Source: Trueperaceae bacterium (GTDB lineage: Bacteria > Deinococcota > Deinococci > Deinococcales > Trueperaceae). Taken from it: a DNA stretch of 64,000 nucleotides. The notes beneath the pieces were generated by a model. That model did no database searches, was not told the DNA's origin, and worked only from the letters and a program-made list of their open reading frames with translations. Made by a program: the position numbers and the translations under genes. Shown here one piece after another: positions 10,651-21,889 of this stretch (position 1 is the first letter of the stretch; each line of letters starts with the position of its first letter). The DNA lies in contig JAXHNB010000006.1 of assembly GCA_034520945.1 (NCBI GenBank), positions 352,001-416,000 on the forward strand, read 5' to 3'.

Positions 10651-10875
10651 TCACTCGTGCCCATCAACTCCCGTGAAGTACGCCTGGACGCGCGCCGCTG
10701 CATCGTCCGGCGTCAGCGCATCCAGGCGCTCTAGGCATGACTCCCGATCGGCCGGCCACAGCTGCTCGCACTCGGCGAAGGCCTCGAGCCACTGCGCGGC
10801 CTGTGCGTCTCCCGCGTCGTGCCGCGCCTCCATGTCTTCCTTCAGCCAGGCGTAGAAGTTCAGGTCGTGCATCAT
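10651..10875 (-). CDS. small hypothetical protein (74 aa)
   Basis: MMHDLNFYAWLKEDM... protein-like composition at the end of ORF 10651..11547. Confidence 0.5.
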   Translation of the reverse strand: MMHDLNFYAWLKEDMEARHDAGDAQAAQWLEAFAECEQLWPADRESCLERLDALTPDDAAARVQAYFTGVDGHE

Positions 10876-11048
10876 CCACCGACGATAGGGGTTGCGGCCC
10901 CGACTCGGCAACGTGTCTCGTCGGCGTCGACCATATGGCAGGGTCGACTCCTCCTGAAGGGTCGGCACGGCCGTCACGGCGGTCTCGCCGAACCGCGGCC
11001 AAGGTCGGCCGACCGCGGCGTGCGAGACGAGCGGATGCGCGTCGCGCC

Positions 11049-11815
11049 CTACCCGACCGGCGCATCCTCGACGAGCGGGTCGGACGCCATGGGATCGACC
11101 TCGCGTCGCGACCGACCGTCCACCAGGGCCGGTACGCCGCGGGACGTGGCGTGGGCGGCGTCGCGTACGGCGAAATCGAAGACGTCGGGCCGGCCGTAGT
11201 GCCCCGCGACGTCGAGCTGGTAGCGGGATCCGCGCAACATGGCCATGTCGAGGTCCGCATACAGGATCTCTTCCGTTCTCGACGACCGGTTCGACCAGGT
11301 AGCGCCCGTCGGGATCGACGATCGCGCTACCCCCCGGGTTGATCCATGCCGACGCGGGCACGTGGTCGTTCACGAATCGCCAATGGGCGGGCACGTCGTC
11401 CGGCCGAACGGGTGAGCAACAGCCGATCACGAAGGCGCGCCCTTCCTTCGCGATGTGGCGCAGCGTGGCGTTCCACGGTTCCCCGCGGTCCCAGGTCGGG
11501 GCGGCCAGGATCTGGACGCCCCGTGTGTACAGCGCCCACCGCGCCAAGCGGCATGTAGTTCTCCCAGCAGATCAGACCGGCCAGGCGGCCGATGTCGAGA
11601 TCGTAGACGTTCAGGGTGCTGCCGTCGCCGCGCCCGTGGACCAGCCGCTCGGCGACGGTCGGCACGAAGCCTTCGGGGAAGACGGCGAGCTCCGCACCGT
11701 TCCGTCCTGCCTCGGCGATGAGGTCGCAGGCCTTGTCGATCGTGGCGTCTCGGTCGAGGAACACCGGGGTGGCCTGGACGGCGGCGACACGTACGCTCGA
11801 GGACGGTTCGTTCAC
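11049..11815 (-). pseudogene. nitrilase (carbon-nitrogen hydrolase) pseudogene
   Basis: [18 protein letters not shown] joined directly to [13 protein letters not shown] (catalytic-Lys region missing); ICWENYMPL, then frameshifts near 11548 and 11275; LDVAGHYGRPDVF tail. Confidence 0.9.
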
Positions 11816-11859
11816 GATGTCGCTCCGTTCGTCTTCCTTCGGCTTCGTGCCATGGTTGC

Positions 11860-13257
11860 TCAAAGCCGAGGTTGGATGTTCTGGTTCACGCGGAAGAGGT
11901 TCTCCGGGTCGTAGCGCGCTTTGATCCGCGCGAGGCGCGGGTAGTTGTCGCCGTACGCGGCCCGCACCCGCTCCTGCCCCTCGTCCATCAGCATGTTCAC
12001 GTAGGCCCCGCCGGCGGAGTGCGGGTGCAGCGCCTGCCAGTAGCGCTTCGTCCACTCGGCCAGCAGGCTCGCCTTCGACGGGTCCGGGTCGACGCCGACG
12101 ATGACCTGGGCCCAGTTCGCCTGCCGGTAGCTCCACGGCGTCGCCTCGTTCGCCACGTCGTGGGCGGCGCCGTCGATGGGGTAGAGGTGCATCGTCGATT
12201 GCATCGTCGGCATGGTGGCCGCGTGTTCGACATGGGCCGCGATCGCTTCGTCTCTCAGTTCGTCGAAGAAGTCCGCCCGCCAGTACCACTGCTGCCCCGG
12301 CGGGTAGAGCCCATCGAACGCGCTTTGGAGGGCCGGGAACGGCATCGCGTGCACACCGTGCAGGAGGGGCTCGCCGAAGGCGGCGACCGGCGCGAAGACC
12401 TCGTCGGCACGTTCGGGCGGGCCGGTATAGCACCACACGACGCCACAGACCTTCCGTCCGTGCAGGTGCTCCGGGAACGGGGGGACCGAGGGGACCGTCA
12501 GGAAGGCGAAGAACCCGTTCAGGTCGCGTGGCGCGTCGAGGATGAAGTCGCGGTACCAGCGCAACACCTCGGGCGCGTCATCCAAGCTCCACAGGGTGGG
12601 CCCCCCGACGATGGCGTCCACGGGGTGAGCCCGGAACAGGAACGAGGTGACGACGCCGAAGTTGCCGCCGCCGCCGCGCACCGCCCAGAACAGGTCCTGG
12701 TGTTCGTCCGCGTTGGCGGTCAACATGGAGCCGTCGGCCAGGACGACGTCGACCTCCAGCAGGTTGTCGATCGTGAGGCCGTGCCGCCTGGTGAGGTGGC
12801 CCAGCCCGCCGCCAAGCGTCAAGCCGCCCACGCCGGTGGTGGAGATGACCCCGCTCGGCACGGCCAAGCCGAAGGCGTGCGCGGCGTGGTCGACCTTGCC
12901 CCACGTCGCGCCCCCCTCGACGCGCACGGTCCGGGTCTCGGCGTGCACGCGAACGCCGTTCATGGCCGACAGGTCGATCACCAGGCCGTCGTCGACACTG
13001 CCGAGCCCACCGCCGTTGTGGCCCCCTCCTCGAATCGCCAGGGGAATCTCCTCCTCGCGAGCGAACGTCACCGCCTTCATCACGTCGGCGACGTCGTGGC
13101 ACCGCGCAATGAGCAGGGGGTGCTTGTCGATCATGGCGTTGTACAGCGCGCGCGTTTCGTCGTACGCGTCGTCGCCCACCTGCACGATGTCGCCTCGCAG
13201 GTCGGCGGCGAAGGCGTCGATCGCTTCGGGGGTGATGCGGGGTCGGGTCAGGGTCAT
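11860..13257 (-). CDS. FAD-binding oxidoreductase (berberine-bridge-like)
   Basis: RGGGHN covalent-FAD motif, [28 protein letters not shown]. Confidence 0.93.
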   Translation of the reverse strand: MTLTRPRITPEAIDAFAADLRGDIVQVGDDAYDETRALYNAMIDKHPLLIARCHDVADVMKAVTFAREEEIPLAIRGGGHNGGGLGSVDDGLVIDLSAMNGVRVHAETRTVRVEGGATWGKVDHAAHAFGLAVPSGVISTTGVGGLTLGGGLGHLTRRHGLTIDNLLEVDVVLADGSMLTANADEHQDLFWAVRGGGGNFGVVTSFLFRAHPVDAIVGGPTLWSLDDAPEVLRWYRDFILDAPRDLNGFFAFLTVPSVPPFPEHLHGRKVCGVVWCYTGPPERADEVFAPVAAFGEPLLHGVHAMPFPALQSAFDGLYPPGQQWYWRADFFDELRDEAIAAHVEHAATMPTMQSTMHLYPIDGAAHDVANEATPWSYRQANWAQVIVGVDPDPSKASLLAEWTKRYWQALHPHSAGGAYVNMLMDEGQERVRAAYGDNYPRLARIKARYDPENLFRVNQNIQPRL

Positions 13258-13459
13258 GAGGGTCCTTTCGTATCTTGCGGGCTTCGTGAGGGTCGGGGCG
13301 TGGACGGCGGGGCGGTGCGCTCCTTCCAGGACGAGGGGGTATGGGACGAGCTCGACCTGTGCCGCGAGGGTAGGGCCACGCCCGTTCCCGGCCCGTTGCC
13401 GTCAAGGGAACGCCCCGGCGTTGGGCCGGGGCGTGCAGCGGTGGGGTGGCGCCGGGGGC

Positions 13460-13723
13460 TCAGCGGAACATGGTCGGGTCGAGCTCTCTTACCAACGAGG
13501 CACCGTCGAAGGGAAGGTGGGCACTGCGAGCGTGCTCCATGAGGAGGTCGAGGTTGAGCGCTTCGTACTCGCAGTAGATCTTGCCCTCTTCGACCGAGTA
13601 GTACGAGCGGATCCAACGGATCCCGCTCATGCCTGCCAAAACGTCGTTGCTCCTGTGACCTGCGGCTTGGATCTCCGCTTCGGAGAGTCGACCGACCGTT
13701 CGATGAACGAGGAACTTCGGCAT
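13460..13723 (-). CDS. DUF4242 / SCO4226-like small protein
   Basis: MPKFLVHR..WIRSYYSVEEGKIYCEYEA..EHAR pattern; GGAGG RBS. Confidence 0.8.
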   Translation of the reverse strand: MPKFLVHRTVGRLSEAEIQAAGHRSNDVLAGMSGIRWIRSYYSVEEGKIYCEYEALNLDLLMEHARSAHLPFDGASLVRELDPTMFR

Positions 13724-13823
13724 TGCGTCGTGCCTCCTTGCGCGAGGGCGTGGGCGCCTCGGCGGGACGTCGTCGGCGTCGGCGTGGGCGGGGGCGATCG
13801 GGGGTTCGCGGGGGTGCCGTGGT

Positions 13824-16800
13824 TCAGGCGGGCCTCGCCTCTGCGGAGGAAGAGGGCGTGAGCGCCGCAAGGGCCTCGCCCATCGCCGCCTCCCCGTCCG
13901 TATCGCCGCAGTCACGTCGCAACGCGAGCGAGCGCTCGAGACAGTCGCGCGCTTCGTCGATCCGGCCGGCACGCCGGTAGCTCGAGGCCAAGCTGGTGAG
14001 CAGGAACGCTTCGCCCAGACGATCGTCTCGGCCCTGCGCGTCCAGGACCGCATCGCGGCCCGCCTCGATGCTTTCCTCCAGTCGACCGAGGTCGCGGTAG
14101 ACGACGCCGAGGCTCGCTCGGGCGGAGATCGCGCGCTCCGTCGATCCGGCGCGCGCCGCCGTGTCGCAGGCGCCGAGGTACGCCGCGACGGCCTGGTCGA
14201 GGTCGCCCGCCGCCCAATGGAGCGTGCCGAGCTCCATCTGAACCAGGCCCAGCCGGTGCATGTCCGCCGACCGGCGGAAGATCGCTTCGGCGGCCATGAG
14301 GCTGCGACGGGCGTCCTTCCAGCGCCCCAGTCGGCGCCGGGCCACGCCGCCATGGAGGGTGAGCGCGTCGCCCTGGCCGGTCTCGTCCGCGGCCGTGCCG
14401 GTCAACGCGTACGAGGTCTCCAGGAGCCTCGCGGCCTCGAGGTAGTTCCGGGCCGCGTCTTCGTACGCGCCCAGTGCTTCCTGCGCCACGCCGGCGCTGA
14501 TGAGCGGGTAGCCCTCGTGGCGCAGATCGCCCGTGCCGGCGCCCAGACGGTTGGCCGCCTCGAAGCTGCCGAGTGCGTTTCGGTACCGCCTGCTTCCGAG
14601 GTAAAGCTTGCCGAGGGTCATGTGCTTCTCGACCACGAGGTGCCTGTCGTTCAACCGCAGGCAGATGGGGAGGAGGCGCTCCAGCACCGAGGTGGCTGCC
14701 GCGTTCTCTCCGCGCTGCATGTGCGCCCACGCCAGATCGTCGAGGCGCACGTACTCGCCGAGCACGTCACCGAGCTGCCGGTAGGTTTCGGCCGCTTCCT
14801 GGGCCCACCGCGTGGCCTGCTCGGCGTCGCCCAGCCACCGGTAGGCGTGCGAGATGTTCTCGGCGGTAGCCGCGACCGCCCGGCGATGCCCGAGCTGGCG
14901 GTCGATGCCGATCGCCGCGGTGCTTGCTTTGAGAACCTCGTGGTAGTCGCCGCGCATCCATGCGAGGTAGGCCACGTCGCGGTAGGCGCGCGCGCTGGCG
15001 CCGGCGTCGCCGAGGTCCGCGAACAGGGCGTTCGCGTGCGCGAACGCGTCGGAGGCGCCCTCCGGGTCGCCCAGGACCGAGCGCATCGCCATGCGCTTCA
15101 GGGCCGCCTCCGCCATCATCCTCGGCGCGCCGATGCGCGCGGCCAGCGCCGTGAGCCGCTCGATCGTGTCGATCCACTCCGGTCTGCGTTCCATGAACTC
15201 GAGCAGGCGCTCGGTCCCGAGCAGGGCGTCGAAGCGCTTTCGATCGGGATCTTCGAGGTGAGGCGCGATCATCAGCATGCGGGCGTACGCCTTGCGTGCG
15301 ACCTCCCAGGCGCCGTCGGCCTCGGCGGCCTCGGCGGCCCCCCGGAGGTGCTGGTACGCCCGGGGCCACATCTCCGCCCGCAAGAAGTGGTGCGCCAGGT
15401 CCGCATCGTCCGCATGGACGGCTTCCAACGCCGCGCCGGCACGCGCGTGCAGATTTCGGCGTGTCGGGAGACCGAGGCTCTCGTAGATCGTCTGGCGCAG
15501 CTTGTCGTGCGAGAACGCGTACGACCCGCCAGGCATCGCGACGATCGAGCCAGCGGCGATGAGGGGTTCCAGCGCCGACCACAACGACGCGTCGCTTTGG
15601 CCGGTCACGTGCCGGAGCAGGTCGAAGCCGAAGCTGCGCCCGATCACGGCCGCCGCGTCCAGAACGGTGCGCGCCTCGTCTGCGAATCCGCGATACCGGG
15701 TCCAGATCAGCGAGCGGATCGAGTCCGGAATCTCGACCTCCGCGATTCGTTCCCAACTCGCGGCCGCGACCCTCCTGTCGGGCGCCAGCTCGAGGGCATC
15801 GGCGTCGTGAAGCCAGCGGAGGTACTCCAACGCGTAGAACGGGTTGCCTTCCGACTCGCTGTGCACGAAGTCGGCGAACCGGGTCAGTTCGTCCGCCTCG
15901 CCGCCGAAGATCTCCGCCACGAGGCTGCGCGTCTGCCCGGTTTCGAAGCGATCCAGGCGCACGGTGCGCATCGCGCGACGCTCGGACAGCCCCGAACGCC
16001 ACGCTTCGAGCAGGTGGCGGTCCTCCCGGCGGTGACTGACCACGACGAGGACCCGCTCGTCCCGGATCCGGTGGGCGAGGTACGACAGGAACGCCAGCGT
16101 CTCCGCGTCGGCCCACTGAAGATCGTCGATGAACAGCACGGCGCCGTGCTTCGGCCTTGCCGCAATGATCATTCGTGCGGTCAACGCCTGGTGGGTGGTT
16201 CCGTGGTCCCGCGCCTCGGTCGCCACCAGGCGAAGCCCCTCTTCGGGGCGCGGTCCACCTGGGGCATCCCAGGCGCCGAGGGCCGACCGGACGGGCTCCA
16301 ACGGCATGCTCAGATCACGCTCGTAGCACCGGCCAGAAAACACCCGGACGCCGGCCGGGACGCTCCCCAGGAACGCCTCGATCAGGCGGGTCTTGCCGAC
16401 GCCCGCTTCGCCCTCCACGTCGATCACGCCTCCGGTTCCAGCCAGGGCGGAGGCGAGGGCTTCGCGCAGTCGCATCATTTCGGCGTCACGCCCAACGAAC
16501 GAGGTGGTCCCCCAGGGCACGGGCGCGCTGCGCAGCAACGCGGTTTCCGAGGATTGCCTCGTGACTGGGAGGTCGGCGCGTTCGTGCGCGTCGGGATCGT
16601 GCGACGCGGCGGCGAGGCGCAGGTAGAGCGCGCGTGTCGCCTCGTCGGGCTCGACCCCGATATCCGCGTCGAGATCGCGCACGTACGCCCGGTAGACGTC
16701 GCCCAGGGCTTCGGCCCGGCCGGCGTGGGCCAAGCTCCGCAAGCAGCACCGAACCGCCCGCTCGTCCAGCGGGTCGCGTTTCAGCAGTTCCAGCGACAGT

Positions 16801-17291
16801 GCAGCGGCCGCCTCGGGGTCGAGGCGCTCGAGCTCGCGGCAGCGTTCCACGACGGCGGCTACCAACCGGACGCGGACCTCGTCGCGCTCACGCGCCAACC
16901 AAGAGGTGAACTCCGCCGGTGCACCCGTGTCGAGCCCTTCCAACAAAGGGCCATGCATCGACGCGAGCGCGCCCTCGGCGTTTCCGAGCCGCAGCGCCTC
17001 ACGCCATGCCAGAACGTCCGTGCCGACGAGCCAGCGGAGCCCGTTACCTTGGGTTTCGATCCCGGCGATCTCGCGATGCGCGCGGTGCAGCAGCTTGCGC
17101 AGGTTCCGGCGGCCGACCGCGTCGATGCGATCCGGCCAGAACAGGAAGATCACCTCGTCGCGTGGGACCCACGCCGCACGGAACGCCAGGTAGGCGACGA
17201 AGCGGTCCACGTGGTTCGCGCCCAAGTACCTGCGTCGCGTCTCGACATGCAGTTCCGGACGACCGAACAACTGCACCTCGTGGGGGGCCAT
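13824..17291 (-). CDS. SARP/BTAD-AAA ATPase-TPR transcriptional regulator
   Basis: N-terminal wHTH/BTAD (DPLDERA), FVGRDAE, GEAGVGKT, DDLQWAD, EGNPFY, C-terminal TPR-like repeats. Confidence 0.9.
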   Translation of the reverse strand: MAPHEVQLFGRPELHVETRRRYLGANHVDRFVAYLAFRAAWVPRDEVIFLFWPDRIDAVGRRNLRKLLHRAHREIAGIETQGNGLRWLVGTDVLAWREALRLGNAEGALASMHGPLLEGLDTGAPAEFTSWLARERDEVRVRLVAAVVERCRELERLDPEAAAALSLELLKRDPLDERAVRCCLRSLAHAGRAEALGDVYRAYVRDLDADIGVEPDEATRALYLRLAAASHDPDAHERADLPVTRQSSETALLRSAPVPWGTTSFVGRDAEMMRLREALASALAGTGGVIDVEGEAGVGKTRLIEAFLGSVPAGVRVFSGRCYERDLSMPLEPVRSALGAWDAPGGPRPEEGLRLVATEARDHGTTHQALTARMIIAARPKHGAVLFIDDLQWADAETLAFLSYLAHRIRDERVLVVVSHRREDRHLLEAWRSGLSERRAMRTVRLDRFETGQTRSLVAEIFGGEADELTRFADFVHSESEGNPFYALEYLRWLHDADALELAPDRRVAAASWERIAEVEIPDSIRSLIWTRYRGFADEARTVLDAAAVIGRSFGFDLLRHVTGQSDASLWSALEPLIAAGSIVAMPGGSYAFSHDKLRQTIYESLGLPTRRNLHARAGAALEAVHADDADLAHHFLRAEMWPRAYQHLRGAAEAAEADGAWEVARKAYARMLMIAPHLEDPDRKRFDALLGTERLLEFMERRPEWIDTIERLTALAARIGAPRMMAEAALKRMAMRSVLGDPEGASDAFAHANALFADLGDAGASARAYRDVAYLAWMRGDYHEVLKASTAAIGIDRQLGHRRAVAATAENISHAYRWLGDAEQATRWAQEAAETYRQLGDVLGEYVRLDDLAWAHMQRGENAAATSVLERLLPICLRLNDRHLVVEKHMTLGKLYLGSRRYRNALGSFEAANRLGAGTGDLRHEGYPLISAGVAQEALGAYEDAARNYLEAARLLETSYALTGTAADETGQGDALTLHGGVARRRLGRWKDARRSLMAAEAIFRRSADMHRLGLVQMELGTLHWAAGDLDQAVAAYLGACDTAARAGSTERAISARASLGVVYRDLGRLEESIEAGRDAVLDAQGRDDRLGEAFLLTSLASSYRRAGRIDEARDCLERSLALRRDCGDTDGEAAMGEALAALTPSSSAEARPA

Positions 17292-17456
17292 GGATCAGTG
17301 TAGGCCCTGGGGAGCCTCGGTGGGGTCCCTGCGAGCACAGCGGTTCGCGCCCAGGGGAGACGCGGGGCGCCGGCGCACACCTGGAATCGTGGGCACGAAG
17401 ACCCATTCACGGGCGATTGACGGCCGTGTGCTATCCCCGAATTCGGGAGGTGCGCC

Positions 17457-20138
17457 ATGGCATCGAGGCCCCGTTCTTCGCACGATCCGAAGCATCCACG
17501 ACACGGAGGGTGGCTGGCGGTCCTCGTGGCCGTAGCCCTCACGGCCTGCAACGGCGGGGGGACCTCCACGCCCGATGACGGCTGGACGCCGTTGGCGCCG
17601 GGAGGCTCGGTCGAGGGGCCGGGCGGGAGCCGGCTGATCGCACCGGCCGGCACGATCGAAGAGACGCAACACGTTCGCGTGAGCACGGGCATGGTGCCGG
17701 CCGGCGAGCTTCAGGCCGAGGCGCTGAGCGGGGTCGGTCAGGCCGTCGCGGTGCAGGCGCAAAACCGCGCTGCGGCGCTCGGGCAGGCGCGTTTCATCGT
17801 CGAGCTGCCCCTCCCCGTGGGCGTGGACCCGGCCGCGGCAGGGGTGGCGGTCTTTCTAGACGGCTCGGAGACGGCCGGCCACGTCGACCTGGGCCAGCCG
17901 CTGGAGGCGCCGCTGCTGGAGGTGGTCGAGGCCGACGTCGACCCCGCCGCAGGTGTCGTCCGCGTCGATCTCTCGCTCCTGGGCGAGGCACCGTCCGTGA
18001 TCCAGGTGGTGGACGGCGCCGCCTTCGTCGAGGTCGCCCCGCTCACGGCGCAGTCGCACGGCGACGGCTTCGTGTACATGTGCCGCCGCAAGGACAGCGA
18101 TATCTGCGACGACCACGCGCTCGACGTGCACGCCGACATCGCCGAAGCGCACCAGCGTTTCGCGGGCATGGGCTTCGCCCAGCCGCGCCTGCGGACGAAC
18201 AGCGAAGGGCGCTACAAGATCCACCTGAAGCCGTTCGTGCTCAGCGACAACCGCAAGACCTGCCACGTCGACGAGGACGGCGACGGGCGCTTCACGGCCC
18301 GCTACAACTTCCTGCTCAGCAAGATCACCCTGTGCGTGGGGGGCGGCGAGATCGACGACGATGGCTGGACCGTCGCCCGCGGCGACAACGCTGCGCACGA
18401 GATGTTCCATGCCGTGCAGTACGGCTACGGTCGCGTCCGCGCGCGGCCGATGCAGATGTGGAGCGTGGAGAGCACCGCCAACCTGAGTGAAACCTCGACG
18501 GATACGGACCTGATTCGCACCAACTCGGCCATGCGGCCGGTCGACGTCCCGCTCGACCTGAACTTCATCGGCAACCCGCGCCAGTCCGACTCGAACCAGT
18601 ACCGCGCCCAGGACTTCTTCGCCTTCCTGGGCGAGGTCCTCGCCCCCGGCCAGGGCCTGGCGTATCTCACCGAGGTGTTCGAGGAGGGTGTCACGCCGCC
18701 CCGCGTGTCGAACGCGATCGGGACCTTCGGGAACGTCGCCATCCAGGACCTGTCGGACGCCTACTGGGCCTGGGCCCGCAACCAGACCTTCGAGAAGACG
18801 GTCCGCACCCGCACCAACGGGGCCGACCCGCATCCCGACGGCAACGCCTGCGAGCTTCTGGCGGACGTCGCCGACCCGGAGCTGATCTTCATGACCGACG
18901 GCAGCACGCCGATCAGCCAGCAGGCGACCCTGCCGCCGCTCACCACGGCGGTGATCGAGTTGAACGTGAACGCCGGCGCGGCGTTCGCCGAGGAAATCCT
19001 GTTCCAGACCTTCCTGCACGGCAGCGGCCTGCGGGCGGCCCTCTACGATCCGGCCGATTGCCTGAATCCCGATCTCGATCCCGTGGCGGGGTCGTTCACC
19101 GTACCTGCGGGCACCACCGGCACGCGCTACGTGCTGGTGTCGAACACCGAGTTCCGGCAGGGCCGCAGCCGCAGCTTCACCTTCGAGGCGTCGTACGGTG
19201 CGATCGAGCCCGGCGTGCGCATCACCGAGCCCGCACCCGGCACCACCATCGACGAGACGGAGCGGACGCCCCTTCGCGCGGAGGGCGTCGACGGCGTGCT
19301 GCCCGGCGATGCGCTGCTGCGCTGGTCGTACCTGCGGGCGGACGGCGTCTTGTTCATCATCGGCGACGCCCGCGCCGACCAAGCCATCGGGACGCCGCGG
19401 TTGTGCGACGGCACCTACCCGGTCACGGTCGAGGTCCTCGACGGTCCGGCCCCCTTCGTAGACGCCACGGACACCGTGGACCTCACCGTCGTCGACGGTG
19501 AGCCGCCGCCGGAGCGATGCGAACCGACCGTCGCGATCGTCACCCCGGACGACGGCGCGACGTTCCCGTCCGGCGAGTCCATCGCCTTCGAGGCGGCCAT
19601 CGACGACGCCGACCTCAGCACCGACGACCCCGTCCATCCGATCGTTTGGCGCCGGGACGGCCCGGGCTCGCCCGTGTTGGCTCAGGACACGCTGAGCTTC
19701 GAGACCGACGCGTTGCTCCCCGGTGTCTACGACATCTTCGTGACCTACGGGAGCGCCAAGGATTCGATCAGCGTCGAGGTGCTGGATACCGACCGGGAGG
19801 CGCCCCGCGTGCTCATTGCGCAGCCCGAGGACGGCGCGTCGTTCGTGTACTCGGACTTCGAGTACGGAGGTAGGTACATCGACCTGCCGGCCGCGGGGCT
19901 GGGGTTGGATGCCAACGAGGATCCCCCGCAGGCGTTTTCGGACGCCGCGCACGAATGGAGCTTCCGGCGTGCCGGCACGACCGCCTGGAGCGAAGGTCCG
20001 ACCGGCACCGAAGTGACGTTGCAGCTGGACTTCGACGGGCCCAAGGACACGTGGGAGATCCGGTTGCAGGTCACCGACGGGTTCGGCCTGACGGGTGAGG
20101 ACAGGCACACGATCACAATGACGAACCCGGCGCAGTAG
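17457..20138 (+). CDS. large lipoprotein with putative zinc-metallopeptidase domain and Ig/PKD-like repeats
   Basis: LVAVALTAC lipobox; AAHEMFHAVQ..WSVESTA (HExxH plus downstream E); repeated V.I..P.DG motifs. Confidence 0.75.
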   Translation: MASRPRSSHDPKHPRHGGWLAVLVAVALTACNGGGTSTPDDGWTPLAPGGSVEGPGGSRLIAPAGTIEETQHVRVSTGMVPAGELQAEALSGVGQAVAVQAQNRAAALGQARFIVELPLPVGVDPAAAGVAVFLDGSETAGHVDLGQPLEAPLLEVVEADVDPAAGVVRVDLSLLGEAPSVIQVVDGAAFVEVAPLTAQSHGDGFVYMCRRKDSDICDDHALDVHADIAEAHQRFAGMGFAQPRLRTNSEGRYKIHLKPFVLSDNRKTCHVDEDGDGRFTARYNFLLSKITLCVGGGEIDDDGWTVARGDNAAHEMFHAVQYGYGRVRARPMQMWSVESTANLSETSTDTDLIRTNSAMRPVDVPLDLNFIGNPRQSDSNQYRAQDFFAFLGEVLAPGQGLAYLTEVFEEGVTPPRVSNAIGTFGNVAIQDLSDAYWAWARNQTFEKTVRTRTNGADPHPDGNACELLADVADPELIFMTDGSTPISQQATLPPLTTAVIELNVNAGAAFAEEILFQTFLHGSGLRAALYDPADCLNPDLDPVAGSFTVPAGTTGTRYVLVSNTEFRQGRSRSFTFEASYGAIEPGVRITEPAPGTTIDETERTPLRAEGVDGVLPGDALLRWSYLRADGVLFIIGDARADQAIGTPRLCDGTYPVTVEVLDGPAPFVDATDTVDLTVVDGEPPPERCEPTVAIVTPDDGATFPSGESIAFEAAIDDADLSTDDPVHPIVWRRDGPGSPVLAQDTLSFETDALLPGVYDIFVTYGSAKDSISVEVLDTDREAPRVLIAQPEDGASFVYSDFEYGGRYIDLPAAGLGLDANEDPPQAFSDAAHEWSFRRAGTTAWSEGPTGTEVTLQLDFDGPKDTWEIRLQVTDGFGLTGEDRHTITMTNPAQ

Positions 20139-20297
20139 CGAGCGAAGCAGGGTGCGGCGCGGGCGTTCGGGGACCTGAGGGGGCGCGGGCATCCGTGACG
20201 GCGGCTGGCCGGCCGAACCGAGGCTTCGGTGATCGCCTGGCGGCACGGAACGGCGCTGCCCCGGTCGAGCCCGGGTATCCTTGCCCCCAGGACAACG

Positions 20298-20545
20298 ATG
20301 GAGAAGGGTGCCGAACGTTTCCTCAGGAAGGAGCCCCTCATCGAAGCGTCCAGGGACTACCGCGAACGCCTACGACGCCTGCTCGGCGACCGTGATCCGC
20401 GCCAGGTGCTGGCCAACGAGGAGCATCTGGTGGAGCCGGTGGACCAGGATGCCTGGGCGCGCCCCGGTTCGGGGACATGGTGCGCCACGTCGCCGCGCAC
20501 GACCTGAACCACCTGGAGCAGCTGGAACGGATCGCGGAGGGGTAG
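20298..20545 (+). pseudogene. DinB-like remnant with internal deletions
   Basis: N-terminal YRERLRRLLGDRDP..LA; out-of-frame C-terminus AHDLNHLEQLERI*; central part absent. Confidence 0.65.
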
Positions 20546-20558
20546 GGAAGGGAACCGT

Positions 20559-20879
20559 ATGGCCACCACCGACGTCCACACGGAACGCCCCGAGGATCTG
20601 TTCGTGTTCAAGCTGCACATCCTCCACCCCACCGAACGGCCGTACATGAACTGGGACATCTGGAAGCACCGTGCCAACCTCGACGAGAAGGTCGCACTGC
20701 ACCTTCGCCAGGCGCTCGGCGTGGGGGAGCCGGAGAGCCTGAGGCTGACGGCGCGCCTGCTGAACGGTGAGACCCTGGTGTTCCCCTATGCGACGAACGT
20801 CTTCTCCGCGCCGGGAGCGGTCCTGGTCCCCGACGCACGTGCCATCGTGGTCGGAGCTGGAGAGGCCGGACGCATGTAA
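20559..20879 (+). CDS. hypothetical protein
   Basis: 106 aa ORF with purine-rich RBS and GC3-biased codons. Confidence 0.6.
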   Translation: MATTDVHTERPEDLFVFKLHILHPTERPYMNWDIWKHRANLDEKVALHLRQALGVGEPESLRLTARLLNGETLVFPYATNVFSAPGAVLVPDARAIVVGAGEAGRM

Positions 20880-20916
20880 GCGACCGCGCGCGCGGTCCGC
20901 GGTAGCCTCGAACGCC

Positions 20917-21738
20917 ATGAGCACGCCCCGCATCGTCGACCTTCACACCCATCACGCCCGCTGCGGCCACGCCGAGGGCACCCTCGAGGAGGTCGCCCGC
21001 CACGCCCATGCGCGCGGCGTGGGCGTCCTCGGCTGGAGCGATCACGCGCCGCTGTTCGCGCACCCCGACGATCACCCCTATCCCGCCATCCAGATGGCGC
21101 GTTCGCAGTGGCCGGACTACCTGGACGAGGCGGAGGCGGTGCGCGCCCGCTTGGCGGAGGAGGGCCTGGACATCGACCTGCGCATCGGCATCGAAGCCGA
21201 CTACCTGCCCGGCACGGAGGACGCGTACCGCGAGGCGTTGCGCGATCCGCGCCTGGATTACGTCCTCGGCTCGGTGCACGAGGCGAACGGTTGGCACGTG
21301 TACAAGCCCGCCACGTGGGGGGACCTGCACGACCCGGACGAATTCCATGTCGCCTACTGGCGCGCCCTGCGCCAGGCGGCGGGGTCGGGCCTGTTCGACG
21401 TGTTGTCGCACCTCGACGCCATCAAGGCGATGGCGCCGGCGCCGCGCCGCGACCACGCGGCGGAGCGCGAGGCGACCTTGGACGCCATCGCCGACGCGGG
21501 CGTGGCGGTGGAGATCAACGCGTCCGGCGTTCGCAAGGCCGGCGAGTTCTTCCCCGCGCCCGATCTGCTAGAGGGGCTGGTGCGGCGGGGCGTGCCGATC
21601 ACCTTCGGGTCGGACGCGCACCGCTTCGAGGAGCTGGGCACGGGCTTCGCCGACGCCGCGCAGCTGTTGCGGTCGCTGGGGCGCAGCGAACTGGTGACGT
21701 TTCGCGGTCGTCGGCGTGTGTGGGAGCCGCTGCCCTAA
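20917..21738 (+). CDS. histidinol-phosphatase, HisJ/PHP family
   Basis: DLHTH, SDHAP, GIEAD, LGSVH, SHLD, EINASG, GSDAH. Confidence 0.9.
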   Translation: MSTPRIVDLHTHHARCGHAEGTLEEVARHAHARGVGVLGWSDHAPLFAHPDDHPYPAIQMARSQWPDYLDEAEAVRARLAEEGLDIDLRIGIEADYLPGTEDAYREALRDPRLDYVLGSVHEANGWHVYKPATWGDLHDPDEFHVAYWRALRQAAGSGLFDVLSHLDAIKAMAPAPRRDHAAEREATLDAIADAGVAVEINASGVRKAGEFFPAPDLLEGLVRRGVPITFGSDAHRFEELGTGFADAAQLLRSLGRSELVTFRGRRRVWEPLP

Positions 21739-21889
21739 TCGGAGTCGCGGGCGTCGCGAGAGGCCGTGGGTGCGCCCGTGACGGTGCGCGCCGCAAGGAA
21801 CCACGCCGATCCTGGCGCCACGTCCGGGAGTGCTATCGTCGCTGTACCACGCACGCTTCTTCGTCTGGACCCGAAGGGAGTGGTTCTTC

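Noticed and set aside
10651..12436. ORFs 10651..11547 and 11327..12436 as intact genes
   Set aside because: Chimeric frames made of nitrilase pieces and off-frame neighbours
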